Source: Gemmatimonadales bacterium
Lineage (GTDB): Bacteria > Gemmatimonadota > Gemmatimonadetes > Gemmatimonadales > GWC2-71-9
Length of the DNA stretch: 64,000 nucleotides
Direction of reading: 5' to 3'
NCBI GenBank assembly: GCA_050733215.1
Contig: JBOHSN010000005.1
Coordinates: 5,322-69,321 of the forward strand
Part shown: positions 56,765-64,000 of the stretch, one piece after another
Layout: each line of letters opens with the position of its first letter
Numbering within the stretch: the stretch's first letter is position 1
Notes under the pieces: generated by a model
Databases searched by the model: none
What the model saw: only the letters and a program-made list of their open reading frames with translations
What the model was told of the DNA's origin: nothing
Made by a program: the position numbers and the translations under genes

Positions 56765-58237
56765 ATGACCCAAGCGCTCATCCAGCAGATTAAAGACTGG
56801 ACCATCCGCCGAAAGATTCTCACCGGCTTCGGCGCGGTCCTGTTCCTCACCGGGGTGCAGGGCTGGCTGGCGATTCGTCAGCTGGAACGAATGAGCGGTG
56901 CGGAAGGAGGGGCGGGGCTGTTCGACGCGTCGCGCTCGCTGATGCTCACCACGACGATAGTCACTGTCGCCGTCGGGCTCTGTCTCGCGGTCTTCCTCGC
57001 GCGACTCATCGCCGACCCGCTCGAAAACCTGGGGCGGCTCGCGGAAGAAGTGTCCAAGGGGAACCTGACGACCGACATCCGCAGCCAGTCGCGCGACGAG
57101 ATCGGCTGGCTCGAGCACTCGATGCGCCAGATGGTGAAGAACCTCCGCGTGATCGTCGGCCACATCTCCTCGTCCTCGCGCACGGTGGCCACCTCGGCGG
57201 AAGAGATCTCCGCCTCCAGCGAGCAGATGGCCAAGGGCGCGGAGGCGCAGACCAGTTCCACCGAGCAGACGTCGGCCACCATGGTGGAGATGGCCGCGCA
57301 GATGCAGCAGCTCGCGCGGAATGCCGAAGCGCTCGCGGCGAACGTGGACGAGACGTCGTCCTCGATCCAGCAGATGACCACCACGCTGGTGCAGACCTCG
57401 CAGCACGGTGAGGCGCTGCTCCAGTCGGTCGAGGAGGCGATGAACCGGCTCACCGCGATGATCGACAACGTGGGCGCGATCGCCTCGCGGGTGCATATGG
57501 TGGACGAGGTGTCCAAGGGCTCGGTGGTAGACGTCCGCGAGGGGGGCGACCGGCTCCGGGCTTCGATCCACGGCATCGGCCGGCAGTCGGAGGAGATCGG
57601 GAAGATCGTGAAGGCGATCGAGGGCATCGCCGACCAGACCAACCTCCTCTCGCTCAACGCCGCCATCGAGGCCGCCCGGGCCGGCGAGGCCGGCCGCGGG
57701 TTCGCCGTCGTGGCCGACGAGGTGCGCCGGCTCGCGGAGCGCTCGGTGCAGGCGACGCAGGAGATCGGCGGCGTCATCGACGCGGTGCAGGGTGAGACCC
57801 GAAGCGCGGTGGAGCTGATGGGCGCGGTGCTGGCCGCGATCGTCGAGGCCATCGAGCAAAACTCGAAGCTCGTCGCCGAGATGGCGCACGCCACGGAGGA
57901 GCACGCGGCCGGCGCCAAGGAGGTGCTCCGGATGGCCGGCAGCATGTCGGCGCTGTCGCGCCAGATCGCCGCGGCGGTCCGGGAGAACGCCGCCGGCGCG
58001 AAGGAGATCACGCGCGCGGCCGAGAAGATGAACCAGCTCACCCATCAGATGTCCGAAGCGGTGACCGAGCAGAAGCGCGGGGGCGAGCTGGTGGTCAAGG
58101 CGGTCGAATCGGTGGCGCTCGTGTCGCGCCAGAACCTGGCCGCGGTCGAGCAGATGAGTGCGGCGGCCAAGACGCTCGCCGGCGAGTCCGAGCTGCTCCG
58201 CCGCCGAGTGGACACGTTCCAGCTTCCCGCCGCCTGA
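56765..58237 (+). CDS. methyl-accepting chemotaxis protein (2 TM, about 25-aa external loop, HAMP, MA domain)
   Basis: Frame of ORF 56507..58237, from ATG 56765. Core [37 protein letters not shown]. Confidence 0.92.
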   Translation: MTQALIQQIKDWTIRRKILTGFGAVLFLTGVQGWLAIRQLERMSGAEGGAGLFDASRSLMLTTTIVTVAVGLCLAVFLARLIADPLENLGRLAEEVSKGNLTTDIRSQSRDEIGWLEHSMRQMVKNLRVIVGHISSSSRTVATSAEEISASSEQMAKGAEAQTSSTEQTSATMVEMAAQMQQLARNAEALAANVDETSSSIQQMTTTLVQTSQHGEALLQSVEEAMNRLTAMIDNVGAIASRVHMVDEVSKGSVVDVREGGDRLRASIHGIGRQSEEIGKIVKAIEGIADQTNLLSLNAAIEAARAGEAGRGFAVVADEVRRLAERSVQATQEIGGVIDAVQGETRSAVELMGAVLAAIVEAIEQNSKLVAEMAHATEEHAAGAKEVLRMAGSMSALSRQIAAAVRENAAGAKEITRAAEKMNQLTHQMSEAVTEQKRGGELVVKAVESVALVSRQNLAAVEQMSAAAKTLAGESELLRRRVDTFQLPAA

Positions 58238-58248
58238 GGCGCGATTCC

Positions 58249-60228
58249 ATGCCGACCCCGAGCGCCACCCAGCGGCTGGCCGCACTCGACGCCGCGAACG
58301 GCCCCGACTGCGAAACAGTCATCCTCGCCGCGCTGGAGGACGATGCCCCGACGGTGCGCGAGCGTGCGGTCCGTCTCGCCGCCCGCTACGTGGAGCCGCA
58401 GGTGCTCGGCGCGATGGTCGCCGACGGGGTCAACGCGGCCCGGCGGAACGGCGCCCTCTCCGCCCTGGAGCGGCAGGGCCCCTACGCAGTGCCGCACCTG
58501 ACGGAGCTGCTGCACTCGACCGAGTCCGATGTCGTGATGTTCGCCCTCCAGGTGCTCGCCCGGATCGGCGACCCGGTGTCCACCAGCCGCATCCTTCCGC
58601 TGCTGGGACACGCCGACGCCAACGTGGCGCAGGCGGCGATCGAGGCGGTGGGCCGGATGCGCGCCGCCGACGCGGTTCCAGCCCTGCTCGATCTCCTGGA
58701 CCAGAACGTGTGGCTGCAGCTCGCCGCCGTGAACGCGCTCGGCGAGATCGGCGATCCGGCCGCGACGCTTCCGCTCCTCAAACTCGTGCCCGACAGTCTC
58801 GTGGCCGAGCAGGCGGTGCACGCGCTCCAGCGGATCACGGCGCCCGAGTCGCTGCCTCCGCTGCTCGATCTGCTGATCCGGGTTCGCGAGCGCCCGCTTC
58901 GGGACGCGATCCTCGAGGCATGCGGGGTGCTGCTCGAGCTGCATCCCGATCCGGGGGCGGTCGGGTGCAGGTTCACGGCCGGGCTCGATCAGGCGGCGCG
59001 CGCGGATGTCGTCGCGTTTCTCGGCGCTGCGCTGTCCGACGGCTCGGGGGCGGAGATGCCGTCCGAGGCTCCGGCACAGGCGGCCGGCGGCATCGCGCTC
59101 GTCGCCGGCCTCAGCGAGCTCTACGTGCCGGTGCTGCGCCGCGTTGCGGCGGGCTCGGCCTGGGCCGAGCCGCTCTGGGCGGCGCGGGCGCAGCCGAGCG
59201 ACGAGCAGGTGAGCGCGCTGCTGGGGCATGGCGACGCGCAGGTGCGGCGCGGCCTGCTCCTCGCCGGCCGCTTCGGACCCGCGGCGCTGCCGGGTCTCCT
59301 GGCGCGCCTGGACGATCCCGACGGCGAGGTCCGGGCGGCGGCGTGCCACGCGCTCGGCGCGCTGGGTGATGCCCGGGCGGCCGGCGTGCTGATCGAGCGG
59401 CTCAGAACGAGTGAGGGCGAGGAGCGGGACGAGGCGGCCGCGGCGCTGGGCCGGTTTCCCGCCGAGGCGCTGGGCGGCCTCGGGACCTGCCTGGATCCTC
59501 GCGCGGGTGATGCGGTCGCGATCGCCGCACTCGAGGCGGTGCGCCTGGCGCAGGCGCAGGCGTTCGAGCCCGAGGTGCTGGCGCTGACTCGCGCCCCCGC
59601 CGCCGACGTGCGGCTGGCGGCGCTGCGCGCCGCCGCGGCGCTGCCGGGATCGCGCACCGAGATGGTCCTCTTTCGCGCGCTCGCCGACCGGGAGGAGCGG
59701 GTGCAGATCGAGGCACTCGATCTCCTGGTGGACCGGGAAGGGGACAAGGCGGCGACCACGCTGATCGCGTTGCTTTCGGCGGCCGACTCGCTCCGGTTCC
59801 GGGTCATCCGGGCGCTGGGCCGGCTGCGCGTGCCGGCGGCGGCAACCAAACTCGAGTCGCTCTACGCCTCCGCGCCGCTGCATGAGCGGATCGAGATCGT
59901 CCGGGCGCTCGCCACCATCGCGCCGCCGGGCGTGACCGATTTTCTGCGCCTCCGCCTCCGCGCGCCGGAGCGGGAGCTGCGCCACGTCGCGGCGCTCGGG
60001 CTGGCCCGGGCGGCCGGCCCCGACGACCTCTCGACGTTGATCGCGATGGCCGCCGACGAGGACTGGACGCTCCGCAACCAGGCGGCTCAGGGGCTCGGCC
60101 GGCTGGGGCTCAGCGATGGCCGGACCACGCTTCTCACACTCACGCGGGACGTCGAGCCGGTGGTGGCGCGTACCGCCCGCCAGGCTCTGGCACTGATGGC
60201 CGAGCGGGCGGGATCCGCGGCGGCATGA
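58249..60228 (+). CDS. HEAT-repeat (PBS-lyase-type) protein embedded in the che operon
   Basis: 659-aa ORF. More than 12 repeats of the pattern ..VRxxAaxALGxiGDPxAvpxLlxLL.. (for example WLQLAAVNALGEIGDPAATLPLLKLV and VRAAACHALGALGDARAAGVLIERL). Confidence 0.88.
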   Translation: MPTPSATQRLAALDAANGPDCETVILAALEDDAPTVRERAVRLAARYVEPQVLGAMVADGVNAARRNGALSALERQGPYAVPHLTELLHSTESDVVMFALQVLARIGDPVSTSRILPLLGHADANVAQAAIEAVGRMRAADAVPALLDLLDQNVWLQLAAVNALGEIGDPAATLPLLKLVPDSLVAEQAVHALQRITAPESLPPLLDLLIRVRERPLRDAILEACGVLLELHPDPGAVGCRFTAGLDQAARADVVAFLGAALSDGSGAEMPSEAPAQAAGGIALVAGLSELYVPVLRRVAAGSAWAEPLWAARAQPSDEQVSALLGHGDAQVRRGLLLAGRFGPAALPGLLARLDDPDGEVRAAACHALGALGDARAAGVLIERLRTSEGEERDEAAAALGRFPAEALGGLGTCLDPRAGDAVAIAALEAVRLAQAQAFEPEVLALTRAPAADVRLAALRAAAALPGSRTEMVLFRALADREERVQIEALDLLVDREGDKAATTLIALLSAADSLRFRVIRALGRLRVPAAATKLESLYASAPLHERIEIVRALATIAPPGVTDFLRLRLRAPERELRHVAALGLARAAGPDDLSTLIAMAADEDWTLRNQAAQGLGRLGLSDGRTTLLTLTRDVEPVVARTARQALALMAERAGSAAA

Positions 60229-61058
60229 ACGCCGCCGACGAGGCGGAGTGCAAGCTCCTTTCCGATCTCGTCCAGGAACATTTCGGGCTCTCGTTCTCGG
60301 GCGTGCGCCGCGACATCCTCGCGTCGCGGGTTCGGCCGCGGGTGGCCGCGCTCCGCCTGGGCTCGCTGCTGGACTACTACCACTATCTCCGGTCCCATCC
60401 CCAGCGCGACGGCGAGCTCGATCAGCTCGCCCGCCATCTCACCAACAACGAGAGCTATTTCTTCCGCGAGCCGCATCATTTCGACATCGTGGTTCGGCAC
60501 GTGATTCCGCCGCTCATGCCCGAGCTGCGCCAGCGTCCGCTCCGGGTGCTGTGCGCCGGCTGCTCCTCGGGCGAAGAGCCGTACACGCTCTCGATCGCGC
60601 TGCACGATGCCGGGCTCGAGCTCCGGGGCGTCTCGTGGGAGATCGACGCCTGCGACCTCAACCGCGACCGCCTCGCGCGCGCGCGGGAGGCGTCCTATGA
60701 CGGGGGAGCGCTCCGCGCCTGCAGTGACGAGGCCCTCCGCCGCTGCTTCGAGGAGCGGGACGGCCGCCGCGTGCTCCGCGACCGCTTCCGGAAGGGCGTG
60801 CGGTTCTTCGAGGCCAATCTCGCCACCGCCGCGTCGGTGGGACGGCCGCCGTACGACGTGGTGCTCTGTCGCAACTTGCTGATCTACTTCGATGACGCCG
60901 GCTTCGACCGCACGGTGCGCGTGCTGGCGCGCGCCCTCGCTCCCGACGGCTATCTCCTGCTCGGCCACTCCGAGTCGCTGATTGACCGGAGCGACGAATT
61001 CAGCCCGGTCTGGCTGGAAGGCGCCATGGTCTACCGGAAGCGCGAGGGCCGGGCATGA
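60225..61058 (+). CDS. cheR: chemotaxis protein methyltransferase CheR
   Basis: 277-aa ORF with an ATGA overlap to the HEAT gene. TNNESYFFRE, LRVLCAGCSSGEEPYTLSI, VVLCRNLLIYFDD. Confidence 0.93.
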   Translation: MNAADEAECKLLSDLVQEHFGLSFSGVRRDILASRVRPRVAALRLGSLLDYYHYLRSHPQRDGELDQLARHLTNNESYFFREPHHFDIVVRHVIPPLMPELRQRPLRVLCAGCSSGEEPYTLSIALHDAGLELRGVSWEIDACDLNRDRLARAREASYDGGALRACSDEALRRCFEERDGRRVLRDRFRKGVRFFEANLATAASVGRPPYDVVLCRNLLIYFDDAGFDRTVRVLARALAPDGYLLLGHSESLIDRSDEFSPVWLEGAMVYRKREGRA

Positions 61059-62137
61059 TCAGGGTCTTCGTGGTGGACGATTCGGCCTTTGCACGGCGGG
61101 CGACGAGCAAGGTGCTCGCGGCCGACCCCGGGGTGCAGGTGGTGGGCGAGGCAGCCGGCGGCGCCGAGGCGCTGGCCCGCATTCCCGCCCTGTGTCCCGA
61201 CGTGGTCACGCTCGACCTCGACATGCCGGGCATGAACGGGCTCGCGGTGCTCCGCGCGCTCCTCGCGCGCGATCCCACGCTCCGCGTGGTGATGCTGTCC
61301 GCCCACACGCAGGAGGGCGCCGAGGCCACGCTGGAAGCGCTCGCGGCGGGCGCGGCGGACTTCCTCGACAAGTCGCGCTTCGGGCTGATGGACCTCGAGG
61401 GGTTCGGGCGCGAGCTCCGCGAGCGCGTGAAGGCGCTCGCAGCGGGCAGGCGGGCAGGCGGGCAGGCGGGCCGAGACACTGGGTCCGTGGTTCGCGCGGG
61501 GGCAAGGCGTTCACCCCTGCTCGCCTGCCCGCCTGCCCGCCTGCCCGCCCTGGACCTCTGCGTCCTCGGTGCGTCCACCGGCGGGCCGGCCGCGATCCAG
61601 CTCGTGCTCGAGCAGCTCCCGGCGGACTTCCCCGCGCCGATTGCGATCGTGCAGCATATGCCGCCGGGCTTCACCCGGCCGTTCGCCGTGCGGCTCGACG
61701 CGCACTGCCGGCTCAAGGTCAGCGAGGCGGAGGATGGGAAGCGGCTCGTGCCGGGGCAGGTCGTGATCGCCCCGGCGGGACGTCACCTCACCTTCACGCC
61801 CGGTCTCGGCGTCGTGCTCTCAACCGAGCCCGCCGCGGCCCGGCACATCCCGAGCGTCACCGTGATGATGCTGTCCGCCGCGCGGGTGCGGCCGGGCCGC
61901 GTCCTCGGCGTCCTGCTCACGGGGATGGGCGACGACGGTGCGGACGGGATGGTCGCGATCCGGGCCAGCGGCGGCGTCACGGTCGCGGAGAGCGAGGAGA
62001 GCTGCGTGGTCTACGGCATGCCGCGCGCGGCGGCCGAGCGGGGCGGGGCGGAGCGCCTGTTGCCGATCGGGGCTCTTGCCGAGTGGCTCGCGGCCGTCAG
62101 AGCAGCGTCCCCCGAAGCAGCGCCAGCGCCACGGTGA
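61055..62137 (+). CDS. cheB: chemotaxis response regulator protein-glutamate methylesterase CheB
   Basis: 360-aa ORF with an ATGA overlap to cheR. REC domain VFVVDDS..VTLDLDMPGMNG. Esterase GASTGGP, HMPPGFT, LTGMGDDGADG. Confidence 0.93.
   Translation: MIRVFVVDDSAFARRATSKVLAADPGVQVVGEAAGGAEALARIPALCPDVVTLDLDMPGMNGLAVLRALLARDPTLRVVMLSAHTQEGAEATLEALAAGAADFLDKSRFGLMDLEGFGRELRERVKALAAGRRAGGQAGRDTGSVVRAGARRSPLLACPPARLPALDLCVLGASTGGPAAIQLVLEQLPADFPAPIAIVQHMPPGFTRPFAVRLDAHCRLKVSEAEDGKRLVPGQVVIAPAGRHLTFTPGLGVVLSTEPAAARHIPSVTVMMLSAARVRPGRVLGVLLTGMGDDGADGMVAIRASGGVTVAESEESCVVYGMPRAAAERGGAERLLPIGALAEWLAAVRAASPEAAPAPR
61441..61549. repeat. tandem-repeat-armed palindrome inside the cheB linker: 4 x GGCGGGCA, 45-nt core, 4 x TGCCCGCC (octamers)
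   Basis: Left arm agcgggca ggcgggca ggcgggca ggcgggcc (61441-61472). Right arm tgctcgcc tgcccgcc tgcccgcc tgcccgcc (61518-61549). 32-nt arms with about 3 mismatches. Translated in frame as AAGRRAGGQAGRDTGSVVRAGARRSPLLACPPARLPALD. Confidence 0.95.
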
Positions 62138-63503
62138 AGTAGATCACCACGCCGGTGACGTCCACCAGCGTGGCGACGAACGGGGCGGAGGCGCTGGCCG
62201 GGTCGAAACCGAGCCGCCGCAGCAGGAACGGCAACATCGAGCCCGTCAGCGACCCGAACACCACCACGCCCACGAGCGAGATTCCGACGGTGAGCGCCAC
62301 CAGCGCGTAGTGCGGACCGTAGTCGTACCAGCCGAATTCCTGCCACAGCAGGATCCGGGTCACTCCGATGAGGCCAAGGATCGAGCCGAGAGCCAGCCCC
62401 GCGGGCAGCTCGCGGAAGGCGACGCGCCACCAGTCGCGGAGCGTTACCTCACGGAGCGCCATCGCTCGGATGATGAGCGACGTTGCCTGCGAACCCGAGT
62501 TGCCCCCGCTGCTGATGATGAGTGGGATGAAGAGCGCCAGCACTACGGCCTGACTGATCTCGTGCTCGAACCGGCCCATGGCGGTCGCGGTCAGCATCTC
62601 GCCGATGAACAGCGCGGCGAGCCAGCCGGCGCGCTTCCGGACCATCTTGGGCAGGCCGATGTGCATGTACGGCTCATCCAACGCTTCCATGCCGCCGAAC
62701 TTCTGGACGTCCTCGGTGGACTCGCGCACCAGCGCGTCGATCACGTCGTCCACCGTCACGATGCCGAGCACGTGGCCGCCATCGTCGAGGACGGGAATCG
62801 CGAGCAGGTCGTACTTCGAGATCAGCCGGGCGACCTCCTCGCGGTCAGTGAGCGGCTTGACCGTGACCGGCTTCCGGCTCTCGCCCACCTCGAGCACCCG
62901 CCGGTCGGGCTCGGCGAGCATGATGTCGCGGAGCGACACCACGCGAACCAGCCGCTGGTCCCGCGGATCGAGCACGTAGATCGCGTATACGGTTTCCTTC
63001 GCGGCCGCGACCTCGCGGATGTGGGTCTTCACCTGCTCGGCGGTCCAGGTGGACGGCACGCCCACGAACTCCGTGGTCATGATCCCGCCCGCGGTGTGAG
63101 GCGGAAACCGAAGGAGGAGGTTGAGGACTTCCCGCGTGGGAGCGGCGAGCAGGTGAATGAGCCGGGCGCGAGCCTCGTCGGTCAGCTCGCGGAAGAGCTC
63201 CACCTGCTGGTCGGCGGACAGCGCCTCGATCAGCGGCGTCGCGCGGCCGGTCTCCATGCCGCCCACCAGCTCGCCGCGCCGCTGGAGCTGCGGCTCGTCG
63301 AACACCTGTACCGCGCGGTGGAACGGCAGTGCGGTCGCCACCTTGATCGCCGCTTCCACCGGCAGCCCGTTCAGCCCCTCCGCGATGTCCGCCGGGAGAA
63401 ACTCGGCGCAGGCGGCCTCGAAGTCCTCCTCGTCGCCCGAGAGGAGGTACAGCAGTTCGGGGGAGAGTGGCGTCGGACCGGTCTGGGTGGTGGGAGCGGT
63501 CAT
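62097..63503 (-). CDS. mgtE: magnesium transporter MgtE
   Basis: ORF 62097..63686; start set at ATG 63503, which overlaps the cutA stop (ATGA). N-domain, two CBS domains, TM domain with SSGGNSGSQA. The 3' end overlaps the cheB 3' end by 41 nt (convergent). Confidence 0.92.
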   Translation of the reverse strand: MTAPTTQTGPTPLSPELLYLLSGDEEDFEAACAEFLPADIAEGLNGLPVEAAIKVATALPFHRAVQVFDEPQLQRRGELVGGMETGRATPLIEALSADQQVELFRELTDEARARLIHLLAAPTREVLNLLLRFPPHTAGGIMTTEFVGVPSTWTAEQVKTHIREVAAAKETVYAIYVLDPRDQRLVRVVSLRDIMLAEPDRRVLEVGESRKPVTVKPLTDREEVARLISKYDLLAIPVLDDGGHVLGIVTVDDVIDALVRESTEDVQKFGGMEALDEPYMHIGLPKMVRKRAGWLAALFIGEMLTATAMGRFEHEISQAVVLALFIPLIISSGGNSGSQATSLIIRAMALREVTLRDWWRVAFRELPAGLALGSILGLIGVTRILLWQEFGWYDYGPHYALVALTVGISLVGVVVFGSLTGSMLPFLLRRLGFDPASASAPFVATLVDVTGVVIYFTVALALLRGTLL

Positions 63504-63817
63504 CGCACGCACTCCTCGATCCAGGCGAGATAGGCGGGCAGGGCCGCCACGATCGGCACCGCGATGATTTCGGGGGTCTCGTACGGGTGAAGCTCGCGCA
63601 GCCGCGCCTCGAGCGCCGGATAGCGCGCCCGGGTGGTCTTGCAGTGGCAGTACCACTCGGTCGCGCGCTCGACCGCGCCCTGCCACCGGTACGTGCTCGC
63701 GATGGGCCCGGCGATCTGCGCGCAGGCGGCCAGCCGCTCCTCGACCAAGGTGGCGGCGATCCGCTCGGCCTCAGCCTGGGTGGCGACCGTGGTGGTGACC
63801 TGGCAGCAGTCGGCCAC
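63500..63817 (-). CDS. cutA: divalent-cation tolerance protein CutA
   Basis: Frame of ORF 63500..63931. Start set at GTG 63817, downstream of the preceding gene's TAG at 63838-63840. VTTTVATQAEAERIAATLVEERLAACAQI..YRWQGAVE..E. Confidence 0.8.
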   Translation of the reverse strand: MADCCQVTTTVATQAEAERIAATLVEERLAACAQIAGPIASTYRWQGAVERATEWYCHCKTTRARYPALEARLRELHPYETPEIIAVPIVAALPAYLAWIEECVR

Positions 63818-63837
63818 GCGCTCGAGCGACGCCGGAG

Positions 63838-64000
63838 CTACTTCGCCGGCGCCGCGCCTCCCGCCGCGGGGAGCCCGGGAGTATCCGCCCCGCGCTTGCC
63901 GTCGTCGATCGGCAGCACCGCGACGCGCCATCCGCTCGCGAATTGGACGGTCAGCCGATAGCCCAGGGAGTCAGCCACGACGCTCTTCACATCGGGGAGC
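63838..64000 (-). CDS. 3' end of an unidentified gene (N-terminus beyond the window end)
   Basis: Own reverse translation: ..LPDVKSVVADSLGYRLTVQFASGWRVAVLPIDDGKRGADTPGLPAAGGAAPAK, then TAG at 63838-63840. GC3-rich codons. Function unknown. Confidence 0.45.
   Translation of the reverse strand, partial: LPDVKSVVADSLGYRLTVQFASGWRVAVLPIDDGKRGADTPGLPAAGGAAPAK

Overview
Very GC-rich bacterial chromosomal segment (GC not computed). Protein sequences suggest a Gemmatimonadota-like soil bacterium, but that is a low-confidence inference. I support about 60 protein-coding genes, densely packed, many joined by 4-nt ATGA/GTGA start-stop overlaps. Most are housekeeping or envelope functions. Left to right: iadA (partial), an orphan MCP, a TonB-dependent receptor, leuS, a ceruloplasmin-like multicopper oxidase, a VIT1 transporter, an ECF sigma/anti-sigma/PDZ triplet, a prephenate dehydratase-DAHP synthase fusion, yggX, fabH, a flavin amine oxidase, a MacAB-like ABC efflux operon, an M42 peptidase (frameshifted as sequenced), nhaP, an OPT transporter, two S8 lipoprotein proteases, a DM13 protein followed by a second ECF sigma/anti-sigma pair, PBP4 (dacB), an acyl-CoA dehydrogenase, a Ser/Thr kinase with TPR repeats, a methionine cluster (MetF-like, HMT-MTHFR fusion, metH), yggU/yggT, an acyl-ACP desaturase, a YfcC transporter, a complete cheY-cheA-cheW-mcp-HEAT-cheR-cheB chemosensory operon, mgtE and cutA. 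I found no rRNA, tRNA, CRISPR array, transposase, integrase or phage gene. Three things stand out. (1) A recurring, apparently undescribed intergenic architecture: arrays of a 6-10 nt tandem repeat, a short GC-rich core, then arrays of the reverse complement of the same unit. It occurs at 9 or more sites with different units, and four times it bridges convergent genes exactly from stop codon to stop codon. One-armed arrays and in-frame copies inside coding sequences (the cheB linker, leuS, metH, others) also occur. (2) A promoter, a 29-codon leader ORF with six consecutive aromatic codons (YWFFYF) and a perfect 14-bp terminator hairpin lie upstream of the PDT-DAHPS fusion gene, which looks like a classical aromatic attenuator. 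(3) The chemosensory operon carries an embedded 659-aa HEAT-repeat protein and resembles M. xanthus Che7. All calls come from reading the sequence and ORF track. No database search, RNA folding or statistics were run.
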